The notes: a model not told the origin generated them from the sequence alone. A stretch of DNA of 64,000 bases from Lineus longissimus (GCF_910592395.1 NC_088308.1:1860001-1924000); one strand, 5' to 3'. Shown: positions 27,688 through 41,500, counted from the stretch's first letter. Program-made: numbers and translations.

Positions 27688-30600
27688 ATGGAGAACGTAA
27701 CAGTCTCCTATGGGGATGGCTCGGTGGGCCATTTTCAAAGTTTCGCCGACTGGCAGAAGCACAAGGCGGAGGTTGCTGATGACGGGCCATCGACTGGGAT
27801 CCACTCCGGTGCACAGGTGGCTCTCATCGCCCTGTACGCCTTCTCTGCCTTCTTCGCCATTGTCGGGAACAGTATCATCATCGCGGTGGTGTTTATCAGG
27901 AAGCGGACGGCCAAGACGAACTGGAACGTGTTCTTCATGAATCTCGCCCTGACAGACATCTTGATGGCGTGTTTCTGTATCCCATTCACATTCACACAGG
28001 TGATGCTGGGAGAATGGGTCTTAGGCGAGATCATGTGCCCACTCACTCTCTTCACGCAGGTTCTGACTGTTTCTGTCAGCATCATATCGAATACGGCTAT
28101 TGGCATAGAAAGGTAAAGTAATAGATGGTGTAGTACAAACACTGAAAAGTCGTAAGATAAACATAAAACCACATATCAGCTTCCTAAAAAATAGTCCTCT
28201 TAACTTTATAGATCGAGCAGACGTTTTATGTATCAATAGCAATCCGCGGCAATGTTGTTAAAATCATTTGCTACTCATTCCCTTACTTCTCCCTCTTGGA
28301 AATGTCAATGTAACCATCCGCTTTGGTCCCACAAAACCAAGTCAAGTCATGGTTCCAGTCTTTAGAATCTGTTGAGTGAAATCTCAAATTCATCCTAAAT
28401 CTAGGTCTTCAGCTCAGGAAATCGACTTGGCTCAACCAAACGTTATCTCCTTAAGTATAAAATTTCCGTTTATAATGGCAACGCCAACGGTACTGCCAAC
28501 GTCGATTGAGCCGCCGGGGGCCCTGTTATGCAAAAGTACATTAAAATTTGACATGTTCTTCATGGTCACTGCCTGATAGGGGACTCACAGATAGTTTTTG
28601 ATGTTATGATTGTTTCCTGTTAAAGGTACCGTGCGGTCATCCACCCTCTAGAGCCACGCGTCAACACGACCAAAGTTCGCCTGTCCGTGTTTTTCATCTG
28701 GGTGGCATGCGCTGTAGTATCTCTTCCTCAGCTTGTTGTCGGAAGGGTAACGCAAGCTATTACGAGCGATGGTAAGCAATATGACATGTAAAACCACACT
28801 TATCATATTTCGACTTCCCCTCTTTCGTCCGACGTTTGACATTTTAAAGTGGCCCTATGGCGATCTTCTGGGCCCGTATTCATAAAGCTACTTGAGCTGG
28901 TTGTGACTACGTCATCCAATGACCGATTTTGTTATGGAAATTATGACCAATCTTTCTTCATATCGAAGGCCTACAAACGATGAAGTACACAGTTGCAGTA
29001 AATGGAAATCATTGAATCTTAATTAACCAATTTTAAAAGATGCAACCTGAGCTCGAACAGGTCTGGCGGGTCGTGTATAATTGTTTGGCGGCACTACTCT
29101 TTGTAAAAAAGTGCGGTTATACAAAGAGCATTGCTCAAGTGTCATCAATGGATGTGTAGTCTATAAACAATAAAATGCAGAGACTAATTATTGTTCACAT
29201 TGTCTAAACTGGGTGAAAAGTCAAACGTTATTTGTATTAGTGTTAATTATCTCTGAGAGCCATCCTAGGTCGCTGACTTTAAGTATCGGCAGAGAAAAGG
29301 ATTTTGTCGAGATTCTGTATGCTCTGAATAACCTTTGTTTCTTCGCTCCGCTCTGTGGCAACATATAAAAGATCTGTAAGGATGCCTGCAACATTATCAT
29401 ATTCAGAGTGTTCAATAAAAGTACATTTTCTTCAGGCCAACCCGTCCTCTCGTGCAACGAACGCTGGCCGAATCAAGACTACCGCAAGGCCTACACAGTG
29501 GTGATGTTGTTCCTTACCTATATCATCCCATTGATCATTCTCGCCGTCAGCTACAGCATCATTGGGGCGACGCTGTGGGAGCGAAAGACCCCTGGGAATG
29601 CTAATACAGCCAGAGACGAAAAGCAGGTTGAAGACAAGAAGAAGGTGAGAGTAATTTGAAAAAACATTACTGTACGGGAGGATCACATTGATGTACTGTT
29701 TAGGGTGCTATTATATATACAGTCGAAGGTGTACATAGAATAGGAAAAAGCCGGCACTATTTCGAGACATTTTCCTGAGTATAACGATTGATTCATATAT
29801 ATGCCTTTCTGGCTCCCGTGTGTCACATTATAAACGCAGGCGATTTTAACGAAGGGCTAGCTAAGACCATCTCAAAATTGATCATGAATGCATGTAGTCA
29901 TGATGCCTGCGCGGGATTTATTATTGTAATCACCCTTAGGCTATAAAGGTCACCCAAAATCTGTCGTTCACAATTCCTAGACCAACGGAACACAGGAAAG
30001 TTTCTTGCCATTTTTGCAGAGAGACTTGTCACTTGCAGGTGGCGTTAATTAACACTTTCACAGGGTTTTGTGTATGTGTTGGGGTGTTTCACCAGGGGGC
30101 TGCTCTTAAAATGAGCCTGGGGGTCTAATTGGATGTCTTCTTCACTTTAAGAGAAATGTTGTTCCCTAAATGTTTGCTATAATCTATTATATATGTTTTC
30201 TAAATTGTGTTTTCTCTAATAATTCTAGGTGATCAAAATGTTAATGACAATAGTCATTGTATTCGGCTGTCTCTGGCTACCAATTCACATCATCAATATG
30301 ATCCTTGACTTCATTCCTTCCTTATTTGATGCCATACCAGTCAACGTCTTTCTCGGGATTTACCTGGCATGTCACTGGCTGGCAATGTCCAATTCGTTTA
30401 CTAACGTCTTGATCTACTGGGCACTGAATGACAGTTTTCGGGTGAGTAGTCTTACGGTAACTTACACCGTCTTCGGAGGGTCGCAAGAATTAACAGCAAA
30501 TATTTTAGTGATCTTTAAAAGGATTATTGCGTGCAAGCGGGGGGGGGGGGGGCGCTCCTACATGAAGCTTGGACCAAGGCAATGAAAGTTTATATGAACA

Positions 30601-31246
30601 CCGCGACAGGACGCTGCTGGACTGATCGCGAGTGTCGTTATACATGTAGGGAACTGTTGCGGATTGAGGGGTGCGTAACTCTACTCCCCTCCCCAGGACC
30701 CGCACGTGATGACAAAAAGGTTGTTCTTTCACTCTTCACCCCCCTTGAAAACTTTTAATGAATACAATCACATTGGTAAAAACCAAGGTCAGTCTTACGG
30801 CATGGACCAAAAATCTCACAGACATTTTTGGTGGTAAAACTCGAAAACGAAATCGCAATTCATGTAGGCCAATGCCATTCTGTTGACAGCCAAAGGAATG
30901 ATTATCTTGTCACAGAATGTTCTAGAATGTAATCGATGGATGTAAGAAAAGAGTTTATATGTTTCAGTACGACTGCAAGGTCCTCTGGCACGTTCACATT
31001 CGGAAGCGACATCTGAGAAGCGGCAGCACATTGAATCAATTCGAATTCAGCAGGAATCCAACATTCCAACGCCAGTCGATCACAACTAATGCAGGTTCAT
31101 CCATCAGGCTTGGGAACACCAAGAATAATGGCTCGCTAAAGTCGGGATGGAAGTGCCAAAGCTCCGATGAGGAATCCCTGACCTCGTCTACGCCCCGCAC
31201 ACCCATCTCCCCTCACAACCGCGAGCGCATGACATTCACCTTGTAA
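27688..31246 (+). CDS. Class A (rhodopsin-like) neuropeptide GPCR, RYamide/luqin/tachykinin/GPR83-like, about 423 aa, 5 exons
   Basis: Exons 27688-28112, 28626-28771, 29436-29644, 30229-30441, 30968-31246 join in frame (1272 nt). TM1 GN, TM2 NLALTD, ECL1 WVLGEIMC, ERY split by intron 1, TM4 W, ECL2 Cys (CNERW), TM5 YIIPL, ICL3 LWERKTPGN..RD..KKKVIKML, TM6 LWLP, TM7 HWLAMSNSFTNVLIY and an S/T-rich tail. The subfamily call is from motif resemblance only. Confidence 0.92.
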
Positions 31247-31743
31247 GTATACGGAACAACTTGAAAAAAGTACATACATCCATCCCTACCGGAAATTCTG
31301 CCGGTATGACACCTGAGTTATCAATGCCCCCCCCCCCCCCCCTCCGAAAAACTTATTCAGTACCCTGCCTTTTTTCTGTGTGGCTGTAGAAACAAGTAAT
31401 TTTATTGTTTTGATTTCAGTGGACAAGTTGATCCCATAATAGAAGTATCGAGCACGTTTAATTCCTCAGAGTGAACTCATATCGGAATTTGATAAATCGA
31501 ATCCAAATGACTTCGAGCCATATCACCATTCGTAGCCGCTAAACAAGAAGCAGAATGTGACCTTTTTGCCTCCTAATTTCTGTTCAATGTTGGGCAAAGC
31601 GCTTTGCTGTTCATCCGTCATTCGAACGATCATCGTTCGGCCTCCGTTGCTGGAGCGACCACATAGTATCCGGTTTGCTAGTCGTCGGGTCTCTGGTGGT
31701 CAATGTAAATACTCAAAATGAACTCTGAAGGATGAAAACACAA

Positions 31744-33120
31744 ATTACCAACTCAAAATCAGCAAGTAGGATCTGATATATTGAACCAGTCAACACTAAA
31801 TATATAAGAACATGGTCAATCAAATTCTCCGCCTCATCCAGAATCTTGCAATGTAGATCTGACACAACAGCTCGACCTTGCTACAGAGAAGACAGTTATA
31901 ATAAATGTATGTCTTCGATTATCAGATTGAGTCTTGTGTGTTTGAAAGATTCTTGTGTTTATTGGCAACTGTCTCCCACCTTCCCGATATTATTGTGTTG
32001 TAGCCTGACAATCATTGTGAGAATTATGTTACAACCTGGTCTACCTGAGGGTGAGACACCTCGACGTGACCACAGAGAAGACAGTTCACAGCCTTGCTGC
32101 CAAAGAGACAATGTTGACACCTGGCCTGACTGAAAGTAGACATCCCGATTATTTTTATCGAATTTCCCTCTTCCTCGGTCCCCCAATTCTCATCAGTGGC
32201 AAACTCACTACAACGTGTACAAAATGTGCGAAGAAACAGCGTCAATATTTCCACATTTCATGCCGGGACTACTAGTTATTGTCCTCACTAAGGGGTGGCA
32301 GCATAGACAATTGACCTGCAACGCACCTGCTGCGTAAGTGGGGTTAACACCATGGATGTAATGCCGAGAGAATTTGCACAGTATATAAGGGTCTCGTTAG
32401 GTAGTATATTAATAAGATAGACCACAGATTAAACCAGGTTCATGCTTGCTTTGACTCGATGAATGACGGATCTGAGGGAGCTGGTTCAGGTGTTCCAGCT
32501 GTAATTCGTCCCCCGCCCTAAAAACGGGCGATAATTTTAATTTTTAGTAATTGCCTAGTTCAATTTTCTTAGCTCAGATGGCAGCACCAGAGAAGATGAG
32601 TGTCGTACGGATATATCAGCTTGGAGGACGTACCGGCGTGTCCTTCAGAAATGACTTCTGTCAATGAGACACTAATACTGAATTGGGTCATAACTTAAGT
32701 ACGTTTGCATCTCATCAGGCGGGGGGGGCAACGCTGCTGTGGTCTTGATCATAAACATCGGAGAGTTTTATGTGTCTAATTGACCAACCTATGTCTGAAG
32801 TCACACACTCTCCGAAGACAGTCACAACCCTGGAGGAGACACTACAGATTGTACATGTATTTTGCTTCATCATTACATCACCGGAGACTGACCCACAGAT
32901 TACCAGCTCAAAGTCAGCAAGTAGGATCTGACATATTGAACCAGTCAACACTCAATATAAGAACATGGTCAATCAAATTCTCCGCCTCATCCTAGAATCT
33001 TGCAATGTAGATCTGACACAACAGCTTGACCTTGCTACAGAGAAGACAATTATAATGTGTGTCTTCGATCTTCAGATTAAGTCTTGTGTGTTTGAAAGAT
33101 TGTTGTGCTTATTGGCAACT
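31744..33120 (+). repeat. Direct duplication of about 225 bp (31744-31970 and 32899-33120) downstream of the GPCR
   Basis: Both copies read ATTACCA.CTCAAA.TCAGCAAGTAGGATCTGA.ATATTGAACCAGTCAACACT...GCAATGTAGATCTGACACAACAGC...TTATTGGCAACT with scattered substitutions and indels. Confidence 0.85.
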
Positions 33121-33796
33121 TAGATAGATGCAAATACTGCAACTTGATTGAACATGTATACTGAAGGCTAATATCTCAAGATATGAAACGTGATTTGATC
33201 AGATTCCTGGGGGGGGGGGGGGGGGAGGGAGACTGGCATCCTCAGCTTTGGCCGGCAACCAGTCAGACTCACATTTTTCATATTAGGTTGTTGTTCATTA
33301 CACCCAAGAGGCTCTCTAGAATAGTGAGGCAAACATATTTTCCGCTTTGGCCAAAGTCTATGTGGAAAACATATCACTTTTCAGTGTCGTTATGCCTTCC
33401 TATTCATTGGTCTCCAATCAAATAATTGCAATGTTCTTGATGAGCATGGCTGCAACTCCTAGGCAGTTCACTCCTCATCATATGATAAAGTATGTCCTTA
33501 CTTCGGGAAGGGAAAGGACAGGGCCACTGCATCCAAATTGTAGGGTACATTTTATCAGAAAATGAATTGAAAGACGCCAGTTATCAAGTGACAATAATTT
33601 ATTGACAACACTTCAACAAAAACATCACACCATTGAGTATCTGGTAAATTGAGGCTTATTGAAATATAACAGGAGTTTGAGGTGAAACCTACAAAGGGTG
33701 TACATTGTACATGTATCTACATGTTCTACCTGAGCAGAGTAGAAAACTGTGGGATACACATATTATAGGCCTACCTCCACCTCGATTTACATATTG

Positions 33797-33980
33797 GTTA
33801 CTCAATAGTACATGTAGTTTGTAAGTCTGAACTGGAACATGTAACTCAGTACCTTTATACATGAAGTTCTCAACTAGTAACTCAATACCTTTGTAGATGA
33901 AATGAATTGGGATTTATACCCTCACTGAATACCTTTATGCATGAAGTTCTGAACTGGTAACTCAAGAGTACCTTTATACA
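33797..33980. repeat. Degenerate tandem repeat
   Basis: Recurrent GTAACTCA(A/G)TACCTTT(A/G)TA..TGAAGTTCT.AACT modules. Confidence 0.6.
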
Positions 33981-34726
33981 TACACAGCGTCGATGGGTTT
34001 AAGCTGCTTGAAGCATGTCTCTTAAACACACGCCTATGCATCGAAAATTGGACACAACCAGCTTAATTACATCGACACGGTACTATCTGTACATATCAAC
34101 ACACTTTCTATACACTCTCAATGTTTTATGTACAACGAATGATAAATAATGAATGTAAATAAATACACCTCTACAAATAATCTACATTTAGTTGTTTTTG
34201 GTTTCGAATGACTGAGAGCTATATGGTGATTGTGGGTTCATTCTCACCCGTTAATACGTTGACCCTGGTGCAAGAGTTTGTACAAGACCTAGCAAATGAT
34301 GAGAGAAATGGCACAAACTCCTGCCATAAGAACAATATAGCTTAGACATTAGAACTGAAGTCTAGGAATGGCAGATACAAAGCTGTGCAATAATGGCAGT
34401 TTTACCTCATACGAGCTCACACAGATGATCAATGGGTTAACCTGGGTAGGTTGACGACTTCAGCCTCAACAATACGATATCTGAAATCCCCAATTTTATT
34501 TCAAGTTTCTGTGTCTCGGATTCTCAATATTGGAATTAAATATGGAATGTACATACATGTGGCATTTTGCAATATTGATATCACTAACAAAGTAGTTTTG
34601 TCACCAATTGCTTTCGAAGGTGTCAACACGTCTGGCCCCAGCACCTTGCAGCAGTTCCCATGAAGTGATAAATAATTGCACAGTTGCCCCATTTAGTCAC
34701 AATACACTGCACTCCTCTGTTAGAGT

Positions 34727-35385
34727 GCAGCACTTGATGGCATCAAAAGACATGATGCCCAGTACCCGCAGCACTTGATGGCATCAAAAGACATGATGCC
34801 CAGTACCCGCAGCACTTGATGGCATCAAAAGACATGATGCCCAGTACCCGCAGCACTTGATGGCATCAAAAGACATGATGCCCAGTACCCGCAGCACTTG
34901 ATGGCATCAAAAGACATGATGCCCAGTACCCGCAGCACTTGATGGCATCAAAAGACATGATGCCCAGTACCCGCAGCACTTGATGGCATCAAAAGACATG
35001 ATGCCCAGTACCCGCAGCACTTGATGGCATCAAAACACATGATGCCTAGAACTTGCAGCACTTGATGGCATCAAAAGACATGATGCCCAGTACCCACAGC
35101 ACTTGATGGCATCAAAAGACATGATGCCCAGTACCCGCAGCACTTGATGGCATCAAAAGACATGATGCCCAGTACCCGCAGCACTTGATGGCATCAAAAG
35201 ACATGATGCCCAGTACCCGCAGCACTTGATGGCATCAAAAGACATGATGCCCAGTACCCGCAGCACTTGATGGCATCAAAAGACATGATGCCCAGTACCC
35301 GCAGCACTTGATGGCATCAAAAGACATGATGCCCAGTACCCGCAGCACTTGATGGCATCAAAAGACATGATGCCCAGTACCCGCA
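34727..35385. repeat. Minisatellite, 16 copies of a 41-bp unit GCAGCACTTGATGGCATCAAAAGACATGATGCCCAGTACCC
   Basis: Exact 41-bp periodicity (copies start at 34727, 34768 ... 35342). Copy 8 has several substitutions and copy 10 has one. There are no spacers. Lies about 210 bp downstream of the PICK1 stop. Confidence 0.97.
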
Positions 35386-35595
35386 TTTACTGATTTTACC
35401 CAAACCCATCTCTTCTAGAGATATCATCAATACATTTTGTTCCCAAGAACATCCATATCTTTTTAAGAGACTTGGCTGGCAGTAGCATAATATAAGGCCG
35501 GGCAAAATTTAAAACTATTTCTTGTCCATAGCTCTTTTCAAAATTTGGGCGGGGAGGGGCCCTGAACAACCCTGCCCAGCTCACGATCAAATTGT

Positions 35596-38500
35596 CTATT
35601 CCGTACTAATGAGATTCATCTCGCTAGTTGGCGTTGTTGGTTCCTCAGCCACCTCAAGCACTTCATCGTCATCTTCGTCCTCCTCATCATTAAACTGGTT
35701 TGATTTATCATAAGTGAACGTGCTGCGGGAAAGATCAACTTCAATGGGGAAGACGTCAGCCTCCTTTAAGACCACATGACATTCAGTGTGATACTTGGAC
35801 ATAGCTGCCACCAATCTTTGCAATTGGAACACAATATCTTGGACTGAAAGAGATAAAATGGTTAATTTGTAATAATACAGTGTAATGATCTTTTCAGCAT
35901 TTCTGGAGCGCTCATACTTAATTCCCACTTGATTCAATTAAGATCTGGCTCAAAAGCGCTTGCTCTACATGTATCATCACCCTAGCTATAGACCTTTAAA
36001 TTCCTAATACAGCTAACATGCTTTTGAACAACCCATCCCTGTGGTCACAACCACTTGCATTTCATGATGGTATAAATCAACATTAACATTCAAAGACACA
36101 AACAATCATCTCATAGCTTAATATGTTTGTGACATCCGTATCAACTGCTGTCGCAAAATAACAAGATTAAACGTACCATGTTTGTTGTCGAGCAGCTCGA
36201 TCTTGACGAGGACGTCACTCCTCATCTTGGCAAATCTTGTCCGCGCATCCTGACGACATCGTAGCACCAATCTGCAAGACAATTTGAACACTCTTCATTG
36301 AAAATACGGAAACATTTGCAGGAGCAGCAACACCACACTATTTTAACATCATTATTCGTCCTGACCCTCTGATCTGAAGAATCTCAAAGCCAGGTATTAG
36401 AGAGAAGTATTTTACCTGTATTCATAATTTCCTGTCTCCACCCGGTATAATGGTTCTTGTAAGGCAGCGTAACTGTATTCTTCATCATCCATTTCCTTCA
36501 CCTTCAGGCAGTACGACTAAAAGAGCAATTGTATTGTGATATGATCTCAAAGAAAGTCATAAACCTGCCATTTGAAGAAGCTCACTGGCAGCTTACCAAC
36601 AAAGATCATGTCAATACATGTAAACTTTGACAATTCATTAACCTTTAAATAGGACTACTTCTCTCTCTGGCCTACCAAAATAGATATGACTACTCTCTAA
36701 CGAAAACTGATTCTACCTCTGTAACCAGACACCTCTCCATAACAGACACTCTGAAACAGCATTGTCAAGCTCAAGGGCAACCAACCCTACTCAGCACCAT
36801 AGGAAGAAGTGTCCATCATAGAATCTATGATGGCTCATCGTAGAATCTCTGATGACTATTGCAATCCATGTTAGATTCTGTGATAGAGTTACGGTCATGA
36901 TATTCTATACTGTGGGTTCTATTGTGTGGAAACATCAAAGTATAAAGCCTTGAGAGTTAGTCTACAGCAACTGAAGGAGTACTTACCAAATACTCAAACT
37001 TGGCATCCAGATATTTCTTGATGGTGAGACGAGTGTCGGGCACTGCTTTGTTTAGATATGTATTCAAATCACTGATCATCTGAAAAGATTAGTTCACTCA
37101 TTCAAATATTTTGTAAATCACATGGAATCTCGAGGTTCTTGAGGCTGCGGGATCTGCTAGTTTTGTTTTGGTATCAGGGATTTTAAACACATTGTGACCA
37201 AGGGTGAACAGATCTACCACATAAGGATAGAGTATACTCAATATGTGACTCGCTCTACCAAAACTAGGCGCTTGTCGCATCTGAACTTGACAGGTTGATA
37301 CGGACTTGTTGTTCATTTCCCTATTGTAGACCTTTTGTGAAATCTATTACAAACTGATTTGGTTACATTTCACCAAAGGTCTACAATAGGGAAATGAACA
37401 ACAAGTCCGTATCAACCTGTCAAGTTCAGATGCGACAAGCGCCTAGTTTTGGTAGAGCGGGTCACATATGCCAGAGGACTCATGCTGCCTATACTCACAG
37501 GTTTCACGGTCTTCAACATGGTGATGGCATATCGCTCAATCTTTCTGTGGGCTTCACCAAAGATGGTGAACGCTTCACTGGCAGTGGGCTGAGGTTCCCG
37601 TACTCCTATACTGGCAAATACTTCACCAAATTCTGTAAGAGAAAGTTATGACAAGTGTTGATGTCACTCTTCAGGACTGAAGATAGTATGAAGGCAAATC
37701 TGAGACAGTTTATTTCACTGCATGCCATTCAAAAGATGTTCAAGAGCTCACCTCTATGTGTTTGTGATAAATCAAAGAATGCCTTCAGCAATCGTTTGGT
37801 ATTTTCCATCATGCCTTTATACATGCCGGCCGTCTTCTCCAATTCCTCAAGCTTCTTCACAAGGCCATCTGAAAGAAGATAATTTGTTTTCACAAATATT
37901 TTATCAGAGTTAACTTTTGAAACTTTGAAAGGCTGTACTCCGTTACTTAGATTAACGCTATCTCAATTCATTCACAAACAATCTGTGGAAATGTAAGATG
38001 AGACTCATTTGTCATCCATATGTACATCACTGTCCAAAGGGTGTTGGTCAACTTGATAGTGTTCTGCCCACAGCAGCTCACTGCTCAGCCGTATCAGCAT
38101 AGGTTGGTTTTTTTGAAACTTTTGGTTCATAACAAAGAAATAGCTCAAAACCTTATGAAATGTACTTACCGTTGCAGAGAATAGCCCTACTCAGACCCAA
38201 GGCATCAGCCGTCCCAGAATGCATGTTCTCCACCACCCGATGTTTCACCTTCTTGAGGACTGAAATATTTACCATAGATCAACATATGATGTAGCTGTTC
38301 AGACATGCTCATAAACACATTCTTTATAAATGCCATAAAAGCAACATTACTCTTTGCCAATGTCACCCCAAAATTTTCACAGATGGGAGTTCAAATAATT
38401 GAAAATCATAAAGATGTGTACATCCAGTTTAGCAACAGGTGAGTCTGTTCTGGTGAGGATTTTGGCAGCCCAGCTTCTTCCCCACATTCAACCAAGCCAT

Positions 38501-41500
38501 ACTCAACTTCAACATTGAGACCTACCAATATCAAGTGTTTTGCCCTGCTTTGGATCAGCATGAAGTTTGTTGTAGTTGATTGTGACTTCCGCCTTAAATC
38601 AAGAAGAGACATGTCATCAGACTGGGGAGATCTTCTAACTTTGAATTGTCAAAAATAATGTTTTTTTTGTTTTTTAATGGCAGTTTTTATTTAGCCTGGC
38701 ACTTTCCACTGGCACTGACCAGGGTCTGTCCCAAAGTACTTCATTACAACTGAATTCATTGTCATATGCATTTGGCTCTCCAAACATAGAGTTAACAGCA
38801 AGTTTTAAACGTAATGAATTCAAATGCGCTTTAGCTTTCGAAATGCAAAGTTTATCATGCACGGCAAGATAACATATGATAAATTCAATGCCGATTTGAT
38901 TGGCTTCAGCTGTGTTGGATGAGGTTTTGAGAGAAACACCTGGTGTCATCAATTGATAAGAACAATATGTGAGAGTATATTTCATTCCTGGATAGAACCA
39001 CCATATTTCAACCCCCAGTATGGGACAAACTACATAATATGTACATTGTTACAATACATGCGAATTGAAAAAATTGCAAGGGCCATAAAAGGCATAATAC
39101 CAGCTCAGTCTTATCTAGCTTTGGATATGTTGAACTCAACTTGGTGGAGATGTCCTTCACACTCCAGATTCATGAAGGTGATTTAAGGGGAAAAGCAGCC
39201 ATGATCCTTTGAAGGCATTAAGAAATGTCCCAAAGGCCACAGGAAGACCTGCCCAGCCCAAATTTACATTTGGGTGCACAAACTTAGATACAGGTATTCT
39301 AAAAGTTTACAACAGTCACCAAGTGTGTGAGTTTTACCTTGACTCCCTGTATCATCCGAGCCACTTCCACCTTGGTCCTCCCCTTGACTGACTGACCAGC
39401 AACTCCGACAATCTCATCTCCTGATGCCAGTGTCCCCTCCTTCGCAGCTGGGGTGTTATCGAACACCTGGACAACGTACAGACATGGGCATAAGGGGGCG
39501 CCACCACCAATGCTGATACCGATCAGGTTTTGGGAATCCTTCTTGAGTTTGACAGATCCTGAGGACACTGTCATGCCCCTGTGCCGATTTAAACAAGGAG
39601 AGAATATGTTAGGTTTGATTGAAGTGAAAGTGTATCCACCAAGTGATTACAGAGAACCTCACTGGAAATAAAACCACAACATTTCACACGATCTCTTCAT
39701 GCAGCGATAATCATACATGTAGCTCATCAACAAAATCATTTCTATTGACACTGTAACTATCTCCCCTATTATTTCATGTTTCCTAGGTTTGGATGGCCTA
39801 GCTTGTTTGGTTTTCTGGCTCTGCCATGTCGTATGGTTGCACAGTGTAAAACTTATATCTCAACCAAACTCGATGGGAGAGGCCCCTCGCCATATGCCTC
39901 GCTGGATAAGCATCTCGGAATACAAAACACCTTTAAATAGATCTGAACTTTACTTCACTTTGATCATACAACCACTTTCCCAAACATGCAAATGTTTACA
40001 TCACAACAAGCTTTTTGCTTTTTTATTGTAATGTCTTCCAGTTCCAATCAACTAATCAATAGTTATGGTCCAAATATGCCAGAAAATGGCTCAAGAGGCA
40101 ATGTCTGGCATCAGACCATGAAGACCTGTTGTAAAGATGTTTTGCTTTCCTGACCCCAGGTGGAGCATGCACATCTGGCAAAACCTTCCAATCTACCTAC
40201 ATTCTATTTTCCCATGGTAATGGCACATATTTATCAGTGTTAGTCAAGAAACCGTCCATATCATCCTGTTCCAAGGGGACATAGTCATGGTCATAATCCT
40301 TCTTTCTTGACATTTTAGAGCCGTGGTCACCTAGTGCAAAAAATGACCAAATATCATAGATGATGTTGAGAAAATTTCATCACAACCACAGTTCAAGCAA
40401 AGTCACCACATAATCTCTGGACTAAGACAGGCATCACACTGAATTTGATTTGATCGAATTGTTGTGCATACTCCAACAGTCCAAGTCCTTTGTGTGGTAT
40501 TCCATATGATTGTTCAGCTCCCCACTTTGCAGATGATTGCTAATACATGGGCATACAATATAGGCCTGCTGAGCGTTCCACCCTGTTATCTAATGAGCAT
40601 AGGCCTAGTAAAAGCTGATCATCCAACCATTATGCACCCAGACAGCTGCTGGTCCCATTATGATAATCACACTGTGAAAATCATTTCCGGGCCTAAATAT
40701 TCATGATAAATGCCTCGTTCTCAAGGATTCACATGCCTTGTTTAGTCATCATTATAGTAATTAGTATTAGTATACGGCACAGTGCCCACCTGGTACTTTG
40801 ATGAACTAGAATTTATCATTACAATACTATTGCTATATCGAATCATATATTTTCTTACTAGCAGTCTACTTGTACATTCAATCAAGCACAAAATAATTTT
40901 ATTTGTTTTATGTCATTTTTTTGTTACTGGACAAGTATGCTGAGCTCTGCAGTTTGCTTACAATAAACATCCTTTTTTGTCCTTTGATGGGCCAATTTCC
41001 CCCAAATAATGAGTAAATTGGTTTCCCTTCTGTACTGTAATGTTTTCCCACCAACATGATCAAGTCCTGGGGTAGTTGCCTGACATCATGATTGCCCAGA
41101 CTGTAAATGATGGTAATGATAAATGATACATGTAGTGCCCCCCCCCCTCCCCCGCACAGCTCTTCTCCACAGGTACAATACATGAAGAACCTCCCTTAGT
41201 GGACATACCTCTGTCAGCAGGACACCCCTTTACTCCCAAACACAATTGGAACCTCAACATAGTGGCACATAATAATGGCTCACCCGGCCTTGAGAGAAGG
41301 ATATTCCTTGGAAAATAAACCTCCAGGTGCAGAGTTAACATCAAGATGATATAGACAGATTACAGAAAGTTACATGCAACACGTCTGACCTCCAATCAGA
41401 TGTTCCTGGGTTTCAATTGAACCTAAAACGTCTTTTCGTCTTTTACAATTTACCCATGTTTAGAATATCAAAACGTTAGTGCTATAGCAGTAAGTAGCGT

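Noticed and set aside
34727..35385. CRISPR-like array of palindromic repeats
   Set aside because: Units are contiguous with no unique spacers, there are no cas genes and the context is eukaryotic; it is a minisatellite.
37098..37651. Twin ORFs beginning MNNKSVSTCQVQMRQAPSFGRA on opposite strands
   Set aside because: Artefact of the inverted-repeat element at 37241-37469.
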